Assembly: GCA_951406725.2 (NCBI GenBank)
Contig: OX597826.1
Location: 78,926,001 to 78,990,000, forward strand
Reading direction: 5' to 3'
Length of the DNA stretch: 64,000 nt
Source of the DNA: Octopus vulgaris
Lineage: Eukaryota
Under the pieces are notes generated by a model. The model was given only the letters and a program-made list of their open reading frames with translations. It ran no database searches and was not told where the DNA came from. Shown here piece after piece: positions 40,114 through 53,010 of this stretch. The first letter of the stretch is position 1, and every line of letters begins with the position of its first letter. Made by a program: the position numbers and the translations under genes.

Positions 40114-41024
40114 CTGTTGCTTCTGTTAAATATTAATAAGAATATACACATATTCATATTTTGATACCCATTTTTCTGTTTGCACCAACATACCTCTGCG
40201 TGTGTGTGTGTATGTGTGTATGTGTGTGTAGTAAAGATTATTTCCCAACATAATGAGGCAGTCTTGGTTAGGACGAATGTTACTGGTATTTAGCCCCAGG
40301 AAACATCGTCTACAGCTGGCTATACGACACACAATCTGTGCCCTTATATTTTCGGACAGGGGAGTTTGGCACCCACCACTCAACACAGCAATATATTTGG
40401 TCCGCGGTCTCTGGGTTATTTCCCTCCCTCGGCACAGAATAACTGCTCGAAAATACATGTAAATACATGTAATCCCCGTTCGAAAATACATGTAATTTTC
40501 AAAATGACACAGTCACTAATTTAATAAATAGAAAAATTATTATTTCTAAATCTTAGTAACAGTACTCTAAATTAAAGATTATTTGCCAATATAATGTGGA
40601 AGTCCCGGTTGGGACGAATGTTACTGTTACTTAGCCCCCTGTTCGAAAATATAAGGGCAGATTGTGTGTCGTCTAGTCAGCTGGAGGCGATGTTTCCTGG
40701 AGCTATATAATAATGTTTCTGTTTATGTGTATATATATATATATATATTCTTTTACTTGTTTCAGTCATTTGACTGTGGTCATGCTGGAGCACTGCCTTT
40801 AGTCGAACAAATCAATCCCAGGGCTTTGTAAACCTAGTACTTATTCTATCGGTCACTTTTGCCGAACTGCAATTCCTCAGGTTTCTTGTGTGAAAAGCGT
40901 TCACCATGGCCCTTTGCCGATTCGTATTCGTTACTCATGTCTCGCATCCATATGTAAAAATCGGAAGACATAGAGTTTTGTACATCTTTATCCTCGTTGT
41001 TGGGTTGTCAGATGATCAGAGGTG

Positions 41025-41290
41025 TTTAAGCTGCGACATTACTCCACACGCTACTCACCTTCTGTTTATAATGTCTCTTTGAGCTGTGAGAGAGTTCAGT
41101 AACAATTGATCTAAGGTAAATGAATTTATCAACCCTGGGTAGCTGCTTTCCATTTGCCAGGACGCCTGTTGCTCCGTCTGTGTTTATATTAATGGTTATG
41201 TAATCTGTCTTCGATTCGTTTATTGCTAGCCTCGCAGTCTTTGCTTCTTGCATGACATGTCCTCTCCAAGTAGTCCTGTGCTTCTACGAG
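41025..41290 (-). mobile_element. RTE-like RT fragment
   Basis: EAKTARLAINESKTDY...LPRVDKFIYLRSIV (GLxINxxKT / FxYLGS motifs). Confidence 0.75.
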
Positions 41291-42320
41291 GCTAGGAGCA
41301 GACAGGCCTACTTATATGATTCTGATATGCGAATTCCATCCTCCGTGTCGGTTGCAGCTTTCATCACATGATCTATCACCACCTAAACTAGAGAAAGTGC
41401 TGAGGGATATATACACACAAACACACACATATATACATACATACATACATACATACACACACACACGCATACCCACATACACACGCATGCACACAGACGC
41501 ACACATACACAGAGTTGATGTATAGATATCAAAAGTAAATCCATGATAACTTAAACTAATCCAAATTTAATCAATTATGTAATTATACATTTAATAAGTA
41601 TTATCTTAATGAAACAGCTGTCGAGCACAGTTTAAATATGGACTGTATGTGAGATGTCTACTTTACTCCTCCCATGTTATAGTTGTGCGTGTATGTATGT
41701 TTTATATATACACACATGCATATGTATGTGTGTATAAATAGATTCCTCTGATTTGTAAACAGAAGGAAGTGGATTTTTGTGTGTGTCATAGTTAGAAGAG
41801 TCGGGCATCGCCCATGACCTTCCTGGAGGACCTCCAAGACTGGTGGAGTGAAGGGATAAACACACGTATATATATATATTCATACCGAAGACGCTGCTTG
41901 AATGCATGTAACAGGGTGGACTCTGCAAAAGTATCTAAGGGCCAAGTGCTGATGTTAAACAGTGCGGCAGATAAACGTGTAAATATAGGTAGAGAGTGGG
42001 AAAGAGAGAGAGAGGGAGAGAGAGAGAGAGAGAGAGAGAGAAAGAAAGAAAGAAACGAAGGAAGAAAGAAAGAAAGAAAGAAACGAAGGAAGAAAGAAAG
42101 AAAGAAATGCAGTGTAGGAGCTGAAGGTAGAGGTAAATGAAAGGAAAATACAAGCGTGTGGTTTGGGTTATAGAAACTGAGAGTGTGTAAAAAGAGTGAG
42201 CTTGAGTTAAAGCCTAAATATAGATAAAAAGAAAGATAGAGTAAAGATATTGATAGAGGGAGGTTTGTAGAGAATGAGAGAAAGAAAGAGAATTAAGATA
42301 GAGAGAAAGAGAGAAAGTTG

Positions 42321-42358
<38 letters not shown>

Positions 42359-42463
42359 TACTGAGTTTAAGAAATAGTAGGGTAAAGCAATAAATACAGG
42401 GTAGACGGTATAAACAGAATAACAGAAAAAGAATGATATAGAGAGGGGAAGACTATAAATAGA

Positions 42464-42494
<31 letters not shown>

Positions 42495-43189
42495 GATGAT
42501 AGGAAAAGTGAAATAGAAGATAGAAAGATGGAGACAGAGAAGGGAAAAATAGAAAGAGGGAGATGAGAAAGTAGGAAGAGTGAGAGAGAGAGAGAGAGAT
42601 GAGAAGATGGAAAAAGTGAGAAAGAAGAATGAGAGAAAGAGAGGGGGAGAGAGAAAGAAAAGAGAGAGAGAAAGAGAAAACAGAAAATAGTCAGAGAGAG
42701 AGAGAGAGAAAGAGAAGTTTAGAAGGCAAAGGGTGATAAATGTCTAGTTAGAGAGAGTGATAAAAAAGCAGAGAAAATTGTGTGTATGTGATCACTAACT
42801 CACTCCCTCTCTCTCTTTCTTTCCTTCTTTCTTTCTTTTTTCTTTCTTTCTTTCTTTTATTCTTTCTTTCTTTCTTTTATTCTTTCTTTCCTTCTTTCTT
42901 TCTTTCTCTCCTCTTACATACGTGCACGGACGCGCGCACACACACACACAGATACGCACGTAAACACTCATCTACTTCCAACACACACACGCACACACAC
43001 ACACACACACATACATGTATAAACACATACATTTGCAGACATATATATAAATATATATATATATATTATAGAGAGGGAGAGAGAGAGAGGTTTACACACA
43101 CACATATATATACACACACACACATATATATACACACACACACATATATATTTATTTATATTGATATAGCGTTAGCATGTGTGATGAAG

Positions 43190-43536
43190 GTATAAAATGT
43201 AAGCTTTGAGGTAAAGAGAAAGATAACTAGAGAGAAGAGAGAGAGAGAGACAGAAAAGTTTAGAATTAGAGAAAGAGAGAGTGAAGATATTTAGAGGCAG
43301 TGAAAAATGGATATAGTAATAGAGGGAGAGAGAAGGAGGGGGATAGAAAAAGGTATAAAATTATAGAGGAAAGCTTAGAGGTAAAGAGAAAGAGAGATAC
43401 CTAGACAGAAAGAAAGAGAGAGAGAGACATAGATAGAGGAAAGACAGAGAGAGAGAGACAGAGAGAGAGGAGGAAAGGGGATTAGAGAAATTATAGTGGG
43501 AAGCTTAGCAGTAGAGAGAAAGATGGATACCTAGTC

Positions 43537-43569
<33 letters not shown>

Positions 43570-44240
43570 CAGAGAGGGAGAAAGAGAGAAAGGAGGGAGG
43601 GAGGGAAAGAGAGAAATTGAGGAAAGTTAGAATGGAGAGGGGGACAGAGAAAGGTATAAGATTATAGAGAGGGGAAGCTTAGCGGTAAAAGATGAATACC
43701 TAGGTATAGGATGAGAGGGAGAGAGAGAGGGAGAAACGTAAGAGAGTTAGAATGAGGTGAGGATAGAGGAAGGTATTATAGAGAGGGAGAAGCTTAGAGA
43801 AAGATGGATACCAAGTGAGAGAGAAAGAGGAAAGGTATGCGATAAAGAGGGAGAGGTGTATAGAAAGGTAAAGACAAATATAGTGAGAGGGAGAGGAAGA
43901 GTGTGTGTGTGTGTGATAAGGAAGGAGAGCTATGTTAAATAAGAGAGAGGGGGAAGCTGAGAGGTAGATGAATATAGTGAAAGAGAAAGAGTATGTTTTG
44001 TGTGTGAGTGTGTGTGTGTGTATGTGTATGTATATGTGTATGTGTGTTTGTGTAATAAAGAGAGAGAGAAAGCTATGTAAAAAGAGAGAGGGGAAGCTTA
44101 GAGGTAAAGATGAATATAGTGAGAGAGGATGAGTGTGTGTATGTGTTTGTGTGAATGTGTGTGTGTGTGTGTGTGATAAAGAGAAAGAGAGAAAGCTATA
44201 TAGAAGATAGAGAGGGAAGGTTAGAGGTAAAAGTAAAAGA
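43190..44240 (+). repeat. Degenerate purine-rich tandem repeat with recurring aagcttagaggtaaaga
   Basis: Motif recurs about 8 times at 110-175 bp spacing amid (GA)n. Confidence 0.7.
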
Positions 44241-44359
44241 TGGCTATGTAGTTAGAGATAGAGATAAATAGATAGATAGATAGAGAGATGGTGTAGGATA
44301 AAGAGGAGGGAAGAAGAGAGAGAGAGAAAGAGAGGGTGTAGGATTAAAACGGAGGGGGA

Positions 44360-44530
44360 GGGTGAATGTAAAACTATTCAGGTTACACCAAAATGGCGGA
44401 ACTACTGAGAGGCGACTGTGGATGAAAAAAAGTTTTGCTGTACTTTCGACCTGCCTGGGCAAACGTAAAGCAGTGAAACTATAAGGCCCCTTTCATTAGA
44501 GATTAAGTCCTGGAAACTTTTAAGGTGATT
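44360..44530 (+). promoter_or_regulatory. Candidate promoter / first exon island with YY1 motif
   Basis: caaaatggcgg at 44389-44399; non-repetitive CpG-containing island; possible donor aag|gtgatt near 44525. Confidence 0.45.
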
Positions 44531-44619
44531 AACCTTCATTTTTTTTCTTTTTGCTTCATGTCACAATTTAATTCTTTATAAAAGTCAGGCCGTTCTTTTA
44601 TTTTTGTTCTTTCTCTCTT

Positions 44620-44890
44620 TCTTTTTTTTCTCTTTCCCTCACACACGTTCTCTCTTTCTTTCTCTTTCCCTCACACACGTTCTCTCTTTCTTTCTCTTTC
44701 CCTCACACACGTTCTCTCTTTCTTTCTCTGTCCCTCACACACGTTCTCTCTTTCTTTCTCTTTCCCTCACACACGTTCTCTCTCTTTCTTTCTCTGTCCC
44801 TCACACACGTTCTCTCTTTCTTTCTCTCTGTCCCTCACACACGTTCTCTCTTTCTTTCTCTTTCCTCACACACGCTCTCTCTTTCTTTCT
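44620..44890. repeat. ~30-bp minisatellite (ccctcacacacgttctctctttctttctct), about 8 copies
   Basis: Direct reading. Confidence 0.9.
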
Positions 44891-45488
44891 CTTTCTCAGC
44901 CTCTCTCTCTCTCTTTCATCCTTTTTCTTCTCCGCGCACTGATTCTATCTAGATAATTCCCCTCTATCACCTTTCATTAACTTAATTTTTCTTTCAAAGC
45001 TTCCTTTATTTATATCATTCATTATCTCAATCCCTTTAAAACTATTTTTCATCTCTTCAATGTTTCATCTTCTTCTATCTCCTCTCTCTCAATCTCTCTC
45101 TCCTTTCTGTCGGACTGTCATTCTTTATTTTTCGTTCTTTCAGTTTCAATAATTTCTTCTATTTCTTTCTTTTCTCTCCTCCTCTAATCCCTTATTCGCT
45201 CCTTCTCTCACTCATTTACATTTTCTTTCATTTCTTTCTTTCAAGCCTATCCCTTCCTCTCTACTTTGATCCCTTTCTCACCATCGCTATTTCTCTCCCA
45301 CATCTTCTATACCTTCTCTTCGACGGACCTTCACAAGTGGACCCATTAAAAAACCCCTTCTTTCTTAAAGTTATGAGGAAACAAAGTTAGTCGGGGAGGA
45401 AAGAGTTCCGATTATATTGGAAATTGTAGGGAAAACAAATTCAGAGGGTTGAGGGCAAAGAAGTTACGGTATATTGACACAGGACGAA

Positions 45489-45812
45489 TTTGTTTCCTCA
45501 TAACTTTTTAAAAAATGGATATTTTGTAATGAAATGTTCAACAAATACTTTTTAAATGATGTAGATTATGATTAATTTGGTTTTTAAGGTTAAAAAAAAA
45601 TAAGATGTTGCCGCTCACACATACATACCACGTAATTTTTTTTTCAAAATTTCAAGTTTCGATTTGTGTTAGTTAATATGTATGCATGCGCACCTCACAA
45701 TATCTTTTTATATTAAATTCCAGTATAATTATAATCTACACCATCTGATATGTATTTGTAGAAAATTCCAATAAAAAATACCTATTTTTCTAAAAGTTAT
45801 AAGGAAAAAAAA
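45489..45812. mobile_element. Decayed inverted-repeat (MITE-like) element
   Basis: tttcctcataacttttt...gtagattatgatt versus aattataatctac...aaaagttataaggaaa. Confidence 0.6.
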
Positions 45813-46990
45813 GTGGGGAGGGGTCACTTGTATATTTTCGCTTTTCTGATTTCTCATTCAATCACCAAATTTTCTTCCTATCTTTTAATATTTTCTCTCC
45901 ATCAGCCTCTTTAGTTTCTCTCTTATGTTCTATCTCTCTTTCTTCCTGCCACTTTGGGATTTACGTTTTAATAATGGTTATATCCCAGAAAAACGGTCGG
46001 GTTTCGATTCTTGGTTTGTCGTAGTTTAACATACAAAAAGTCACTTCATTTCGCATCACATTTCACTTTTGGCTAAATATGCCCACCACAAAGGAAAGGC
46101 ATGAACATTATCACATCTCTTTTTTTTTCCCTCCTCTCTTTTCTCTGTTTTCCATTTCACGAAGATAACAAGGAAAACAAAACTCGCACAACAAACCCAA
46201 AATGCCAAGAATAAAAGAAAAATCACAACAAAAAACGAAAACCATTTTGTATGACGAAAGAAATGTTAGAAAGATAAGAAATAAGAATTCCAATCATTCA
46301 CTTGAAATTCTTCGGTTTTTTCCTGCTAATAGTACACTTATCTTACAAGTGCTATTTGCTCTTTGGCCCCAGTTCTTCGTTCTCATTTATAATTCCATTT
46401 TAGAAAGCATCATTGGCACACACACACACGTACGTGTATATTTATAAAAGTGCCGTATGGACTTGATTAGGTAAATCGTATTTTATCTTTCCCGGAAGGA
46501 CGAAAAGTGTAAAGTGAACTTCGGGTGGGATTTGAACTGAGAATGTAACGGCCCGTGGTTAAACACTGCTTAATATTTTTGTTCGACGCCCTTTATAGTC
46601 CTTTATAAGACTATAAGATGTGATTTGAAGGAGTGTTAGCTGCTATTATTCTTTCCCCAAAAGAAGCTCCCTTTTTGGCTAATTATAATAGTCATTTAAC
46701 CTCAAAGCAACCCTGATTCAACAAACCTTATGATCCATTTGGCGTTGTTTTTGTTTAGGGCATAGTATTTCGAGAACTACATTATTTTAATGTGACTTTC
46801 CTTTTTTGTTTTTTATGACTAAGGTATAAACAGAGAATTTGGCTATTCTTTCTAGCATGGCGAAGGGACATGTATAATACTCCCTCGATGGCTCAAAGAT
46901 GTTGGCATAAAATTGTGGGTATTCCGTGGTTTAGGCACCGAAAGAACATTTTCAAAATTGGAAGTCTGATTCGGCTGCGCAAAAACAAGC

Positions 46991-47225
46991 GTCTTTCTAA
47001 AGGCGTTCTAAACGTGACCATCCCGTCTTTTAAAGGCGTTCTAAACGTGACCATCTCGTCTTTTAAAGGCGTTCTAAACGTGACCATCTCGTCTTTTAAA
47101 GGCGTTCAAAATGTGGCCATTTCGTCTTTTAAAGGCATTCAAAACGTGACCATCTCGTCTTTTAAATGCGTTCTAAACGTGACCATCTCGTCTTTTAAAG
47201 GCATTTTAACCATAACCATTCCGTC
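46991..47225. repeat. 33-bp minisatellite, about 7 copies
   Basis: gtcttttaaaggcgttctaaacgtgaccatctc. Confidence 0.95.
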
Positions 47226-47545
47226 ACTTTTATCCAATATTTCTCTCGTGTCATCGTATTTTTTTTCTTCAAGATACAGAAGATAGATATAATCAGGGGA
47301 TTGCTGCCTGCTTTAAAAAAGGGTTGGTTTTGGCTGAACTGCTTCTGATAACAGGTCTGCTGGAACAGAACTGACCCTAGGCTAAACAACATTGAGACGT
47401 GTGTGTGTGTGTACACTGTGGTCACTCAATATGGTGCAATAGTATCTACATTCCCGGCCAGTGTGTAATTTTCGTCAAATTAATCAAAAGAAATACTGGA
47501 AAAACAAACTTTTTTAAGAATTGAAGGACAACATATATATCTCTC

Positions 47546-47935
47546 TCTATATATAAAGCTGAAGTTGTCTGTGTATGGCAGGTTTGGTAGCCTTCAACTA
47601 ACCTTATCTCCTCCGAGACCCTGCGGCGCAAGTTGACCAAAATTGAAAGTATGATAGAAGAAGGCTTGCTCTTCCTTCCGTAGAAGAAAAAAATTCAAAT
47701 CGGACCATGTTAACACCAAAAATTATTTACACCAAAAAGGTGCTTTTTTTTCTATGAAAATCCCTATTTTTTACGAATTTTTCACTGCAGTGTCGCCATT
47801 TTTCGGTGTATTTCAACCAGAAAAATGTTCACTTAAAGAGAATAACAAGCTACATAATGCAAAATGTTTACTTTTCTAAAATTCCAATTCTAAAGGGTGG
47901 AAACAAACCCGAGCAACGCCGGGCGATACTGCTAG
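47546..47935 (+). mobile_element. Non-autonomous Helitron
   Basis: 5' TC, subterminal GC-rich hairpin cccgagcaacgccggg, 3' CTAG followed by T; second copy at 63493-63855. Confidence 0.85.
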
Positions 47936-47960
47936 TGTATATATATTTACGACTCCTCGA

Positions 47961-48175
47961 GGCGGCGAGTGGGCAGTATCATTAGCTCGCCGGGCAAAAT
48001 GCTTGGCGGCGTATCGTCCCTCATCACGTTGAGTTAAAATTCTCCCGAGGTCGACATCACCTTTCATCCTTTCGGGGTGGATAAAATTAAGGACCAGTTC
48101 AGCGCTGGGATCGATGCAATCGATTTAACCCCCCCTTCCCTCGAAATTGCTGGCCTTGTGCCAAAATTTGAAATC
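47961..48175 (+). mobile_element. SINE family B copy
   Basis: Similarity to other copies. Confidence 0.85.
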
Positions 48176-48882
48176 GATACTTTACGACTCCTTGAAATGG
48201 ACACCTCTCCCACTCCAAAAAATAGGCTGGTCATGGGTGGCTCGTAAGGATCAGCTATGATCCTTACGATAAACAGTAACAACAACTAGCAACAGTTTAG
48301 TCCAGCTAATGAGGATCTCTCCAGCAGGCCCATGGATCATTTGGGACCAGGCCACACGGAAATAATAAATTTGAAATACTTGTATTTCTATTTTATTAAT
48401 TATCACAGTCTGTAGAGTGTTTTTGTATTATGCATGTAATATAACTGTGTGTCTGTGTGTGTGTATGTATATATATACACACACCTTGACAGCCGGAGTT
48501 GTATTCCGACTGACAGGTCGAAAAGTCAATCTGGTTGTGGTTGTTTGTTGGATTTATATTTTTCAACACAATTTCCATTCAAACACAACTGATGCTTGAA
48601 AGCGACTGAGCGAGAGACAGTGACAGGCAGCGGATACCTGGATCTGAGGGAGGCCTGCGTTGCCAGATGCTGCCATAGATGTCATACGTGCGGCTACCCA
48701 ACGTCCGAAAATCGATTTTTCAATTTATTTATTTAATTTTTTTTATTTCTTATTTTTTGTTGTCGAAAGCCACATAGGTCATAAGTCGAGGAGAAGGCGC
48801 ATATATTATATATATATATATCGTCAGTAGTTAACATATCTGAAAGTGAAGCGCGTTCTAAAGTATTAGAGCAATAATGTAT

Positions 48883-49069
48883 TTTTAGGAAGTTAAAAGT
48901 TATGGCTGGTCATAGTGACCTTTGGTTTTGCACCTATGAAGTGCTTTGCAGTATAGACGACTCCTCAGACTCAAATGATGTGCCTAGAGTCGCCTCTACT
49001 GCTAAGCGCTTTATAGGTGCGAAACCAATGGTCACTCTATGACCAGCCAAAGCTTTTAACTTCCTAAAA
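48883..49069. mobile_element. Palindromic MITE-like element (~80-bp arms)
   Basis: ttttaggaagttaaaag...tggctggtcatagtgacc / ggtcactctatgaccagcca...cttttaacttcctaaaa. Confidence 0.85.
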
Positions 49070-49695
49070 TGTATTTATTAGGGAGGGCATCCAGCTGTAG
49101 AAGCCATGGCAAAACAGAAACGGAGCTTGGACAGCTCCCCAGATGGCCAGCTCTTGTCAAACCGTCCAACTCATGCCGGCATGGAAAATGGACGTTAAAT
49201 GATGATAATGATGATGGCGAAAGGAACGAATATGCACACCTGGTGTTTAGGGTTAGGGATTTTGTTATGCTGAAAACAGGTGGTGTATGTATTCTTTACC
49301 TCTGCTGATGTTGATCCCCAACTCTATACCCACCCTCAGCCTAACCCACACACCACCCTCGCTTCCCCCACATCCCAACACCACCACACCATACTCCACT
49401 ATACCACATCACACCACCTCTCACACACTAGCACTGACCACTTCCCAGCGCCACACCATCATCCACACACCTACACATGCATACACGCACATGTCAAGGT
49501 CACCAGCCTTCTTCCACATGCACATAACATGCTCTCTTATACACACGCATACGCACCTTTGTTTTGGGATCACCACTACTTTATTATCTCCCCTTCCCCC
49601 TAGCTCTCTTGTGTGACCCTTCTGTCTGGTATTCGCCATGATAGATCGCTAGCCACTACACATTCCTTATTTTCTTTCCTTGTTTCTTTCTGTGT

Positions 49696-49733
49696 CCCTT
49701 TCTGTGGAAGAGCATAGGCTCAAAACGTTAAAA
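49696..49733 (+). ncRNA. Minimal hammerhead-like motif, CUGUGGA core, G12 decayed
   Basis: ccttt CTGTGGA a gagc-atag-gctc AAA acgt t aaa; flanks match 39085-39260. Confidence 0.45.
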
Positions 49734-49910
49734 AAATTTTCACTTCCCGAGCGTTAAACTAATACATCTGTTTGTTGTCTACACCACCTGTCTTTGTCTT
49801 TTTTCTGTGAATTCTCCCTATATATATATATATATGCATATATATATACATACATACATATATGTATATATGTATATATATGCACACATATAAAATATGT
49901 ATTCATGTAT

Positions 49911-50310
49911 AGGCACAGGAGTGTCTGTGTGGTGAGAAGTTTGCTTCCTAACCATATGGTTCCAGGTTCATTCCAACTGTGGGGAACTTTGGACAAGTGT
50001 CTCTTATAGCCTCAGGCTGACCAAAACCATGTGAGTAGATTTGGTAGATGGAAACTGAAAGAAGCCCGTTATATATATGATGATGATGATGATACATGTG
50101 TGTGTGTGCATCTTTGTGCATGTGTTTGTCCCCCCCCCCCACTTGACAACTGATGTTGGTGTGTTTATGTCCCTGTAATGTAATGGTTTTGGAAAATAGA
50201 CCTACAGAATAAAAACAAAATATATACTAGGGTTGATTTGTTCTACTAAGATTCTTCAAGGCGGTGCCCCAGCATGGCCATAGTGTAATGACTAAAGCAA
50301 GTAAAACATA
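49911..50310 (+). mobile_element. SINE family A copy
   Basis: Similarity to other copies. Confidence 0.8.
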
Positions 50311-51730
50311 CAAGGAAGATTATACATGTAACGATTAAATTATATATTAAAACCATTTATTATGCTTTGTTACGCATGTGGTTTCCTGCAGCCTGTGGAA
50401 ACCTTGTCTTGTATGAAACTGGTCTGTGGTTGGGGTCAGCTACTCTACATGGTCCTTAATCTAGAATTGGAAATTCACTCTGTGCATGAAATTTAGAATT
50501 TCATAGATCATCGTGTTGTATATGTCTGTTGTTGCTGTTGATTAATCTTTAGTCATCTTTAATCCAGCAGACTTCTATGATCAAAAGCATTTCAATAAGG
50601 ATTTGACTACTATTTCTAGCATCTTGGATGGCAGTATAAGAGGGTTCCTCTTTTGCTGGTGTTTGTTGCAAGTTCTTAGTGTTTAGCTTCAGGTCAGCCC
50701 TGATCCAAAAATGGGATGGTCATATTTGGAAAGCTTTAAAAGGATGAGATGGTGATGGTTGGATTACTTTTAAAAGATGAGACAGCCACAGTTGGAATGT
50801 TTTTAAAAGGACAGCCATCTTTGATATGCTTGTAAGACTTTAGCATTCTGATTATTTTGTCTTATGTAATGCATATTTATTCAAATTGTTTTCAATTAAT
50901 CCTGCATCTGTCCTCTTGTAGCTTCAAGAGTTTGGTGATATAACTCTGTTTTTAGAATGACATTGTAGGATATGTATAAGAAGCCAGATCTGGTTGGTGG
51001 AGCTAAAACAGGTAGAATCTGATATGGTCAGGTGTGGCTGGTTGCAATACTGAAGGGTTAAAGATTATACAACTTTTAGACAGAAGTATATTTTCATGTG
51101 TCTGTGCGCACATTTCTCTGCACCATTCTGCACAAGCGTAACGGAATCAAACCGTTCTTTATTCTACCCCACCCCTACCCCAAACCCACTCCCACCAACA
51201 CCTCAAACTCTTTTGAGGTTTTTATTAAAAGACAACATAGAAATTTTAAGGCACAGATCCTTTTGATAAAACATTTTAATTATATATTCAGTCTCTGTTA
51301 TAATAATTAACTTCATTTAAGTCACTAATTAAAGTCTTGCAGTAAAAAAACCTGCCTGCAACAAACTTTTATTTCCTCTTTTGTTAAATTTGTTAAATTT
51401 TCAATTAAGAATTTTTTTTTGTAATTGTATATCTTTTAAAAATTTTACTTTTAGTTGTTTCTTTTGAGACGATTTCATCATGACTTTAATAACATTTAAG
51501 AAAGGTTTATTATCCGTAATCATATCCATTAGATCTCCCTTTAAGGGACTGTAAATTCTACATTCATTGCCCTAATGATGTTAATTATCTGCCAAAAAAT
51601 AGAAACAATATTTTCTGCTTCTGCAATACTTTTCCATTCTCTCCCGTAAATACAGTTTCCATATTCACCACTATAAGTATTTGATTTTTTTTTCTATAAA
51701 GAGAGATATTTGATAAAAGAAAACAAATAA

Positions 51731-51935
51731 TGTTGCGTCTGGGGAGAGTAATTTTCTTTTTGTGCCTTATTATGTAACACACTCACCGGTAAAATTTCCA
51801 CTTATTTCTTATTTTTATTTTCCTAAAATTTTCATTCCGTCTTGCTACCTTTTCAATAGTTTTGGTGGAAATTTTTCCGGTGAGTGTGTTACATTATAAG
51901 GCACAAAAAGAAAATGACTCTCCCCAGACACAACA
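51731..51935. repeat. Foldback (~70-bp arms) with hammerhead-like motif in the loop (51823-51859, minus)
   Basis: Arms 51731-51801 and 51865-51935; loop minus reads cta TTGAAAA g gtagc-aagac-ggaat GAA aatt t tag. Confidence 0.85.
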
Positions 51936-52494
51936 GAATATGCTTCAACACACGAACTCATATAAAGTCCCTTGCAAACCAAATCCAATAACGAAATATA
52001 AAACAAATAATGAAAATCTGAAAAAAGCTGTTGTTTGCAAAGAGCAGAACTAAGAGTATCTCTGCATCTCACAATATAAAGAGAATTTGCAGTTAATGGC
52101 AATAAAAGTTTGAAGGGACATATCCACTTACCACATTCAAAAGATTAAATCTCATTTCTCTTTTTGTTGTTGTTTCTTGTTTTTCAAGAATTTATCCTTA
52201 TCGTGATGTACAGGCAAAATTGTAAAAACATCAAACAAAATCTCTGCAATAGAAAGTTAGACTTCACGTTCCAAGTTCAGAAGACCCTGCTAAAGGTCAA
52301 CTTTTATTTTTATCAGGAGTTGATAAAGTTAGAGCATCCAAAATATGTGAATGAATTATTACAAAGGACTTAGAAGAGAACTGTTATTGTGTGTGTGTTT
52401 GTTCATGGCTTTTGATTTCCTTTTGAGAACCATTTCATTTATGTGGCTGAAGTGTCATTCAATCAAGCATGCACACATGTTCAAGGAGACTGGA

Positions 52495-53010
52495 CTACCA
52501 AATGGTTCTGGGTTCAGTCCCACTGTGTGGCACCTTGGGCAAGTGTCTTCTACTATAGCCTTGGGTCAACCAAAGCCTTGTGAGTGGCTTTGGTAGATGG
52601 AAACTTTTAAAAAGCCTGTTGTATATATATATGCACAGGTGTAGCTGTATGGTAAGTAGCTTGCTTACCAACCACATGGTTCCAGGTTTAGTCCCACTGT
52701 GTGGCACCTTGGGCAAGTGTCTTCTATTATAGCCTTGGGCAGACCAAAGCCTTGTGAGTAGATTTGGTAGACGGAAACTGAAAGAAGCCTGTCATATATG
52801 TATATGTTTGTGTGTCTGTATTTGTCTGCCCCCACCATCACTTGACAACTGATGTTGGTGTGTTTATGTCCCTATAACTTAGCTGTTTGGCAAGACACTG
52901 ATATAATAAGTACTAGGCTTACAAAGAATAAGTCCTGGGGTCGATTTGTTTGGCTAAAGGTGGTGCTCCTGCATAGCCGCGATCAAATGACTTAAACAAA
53001 TAAAAGAATA
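52495..53010 (+). mobile_element. SINE family A, partial plus full copy in tandem
   Basis: Similarity to other copies. Confidence 0.85.

Noticed and set aside
46870-47286. 138-aa ORF with 11-aa repeats
   Set aside because: By-product of a 33-bp minisatellite; no other coding evidence
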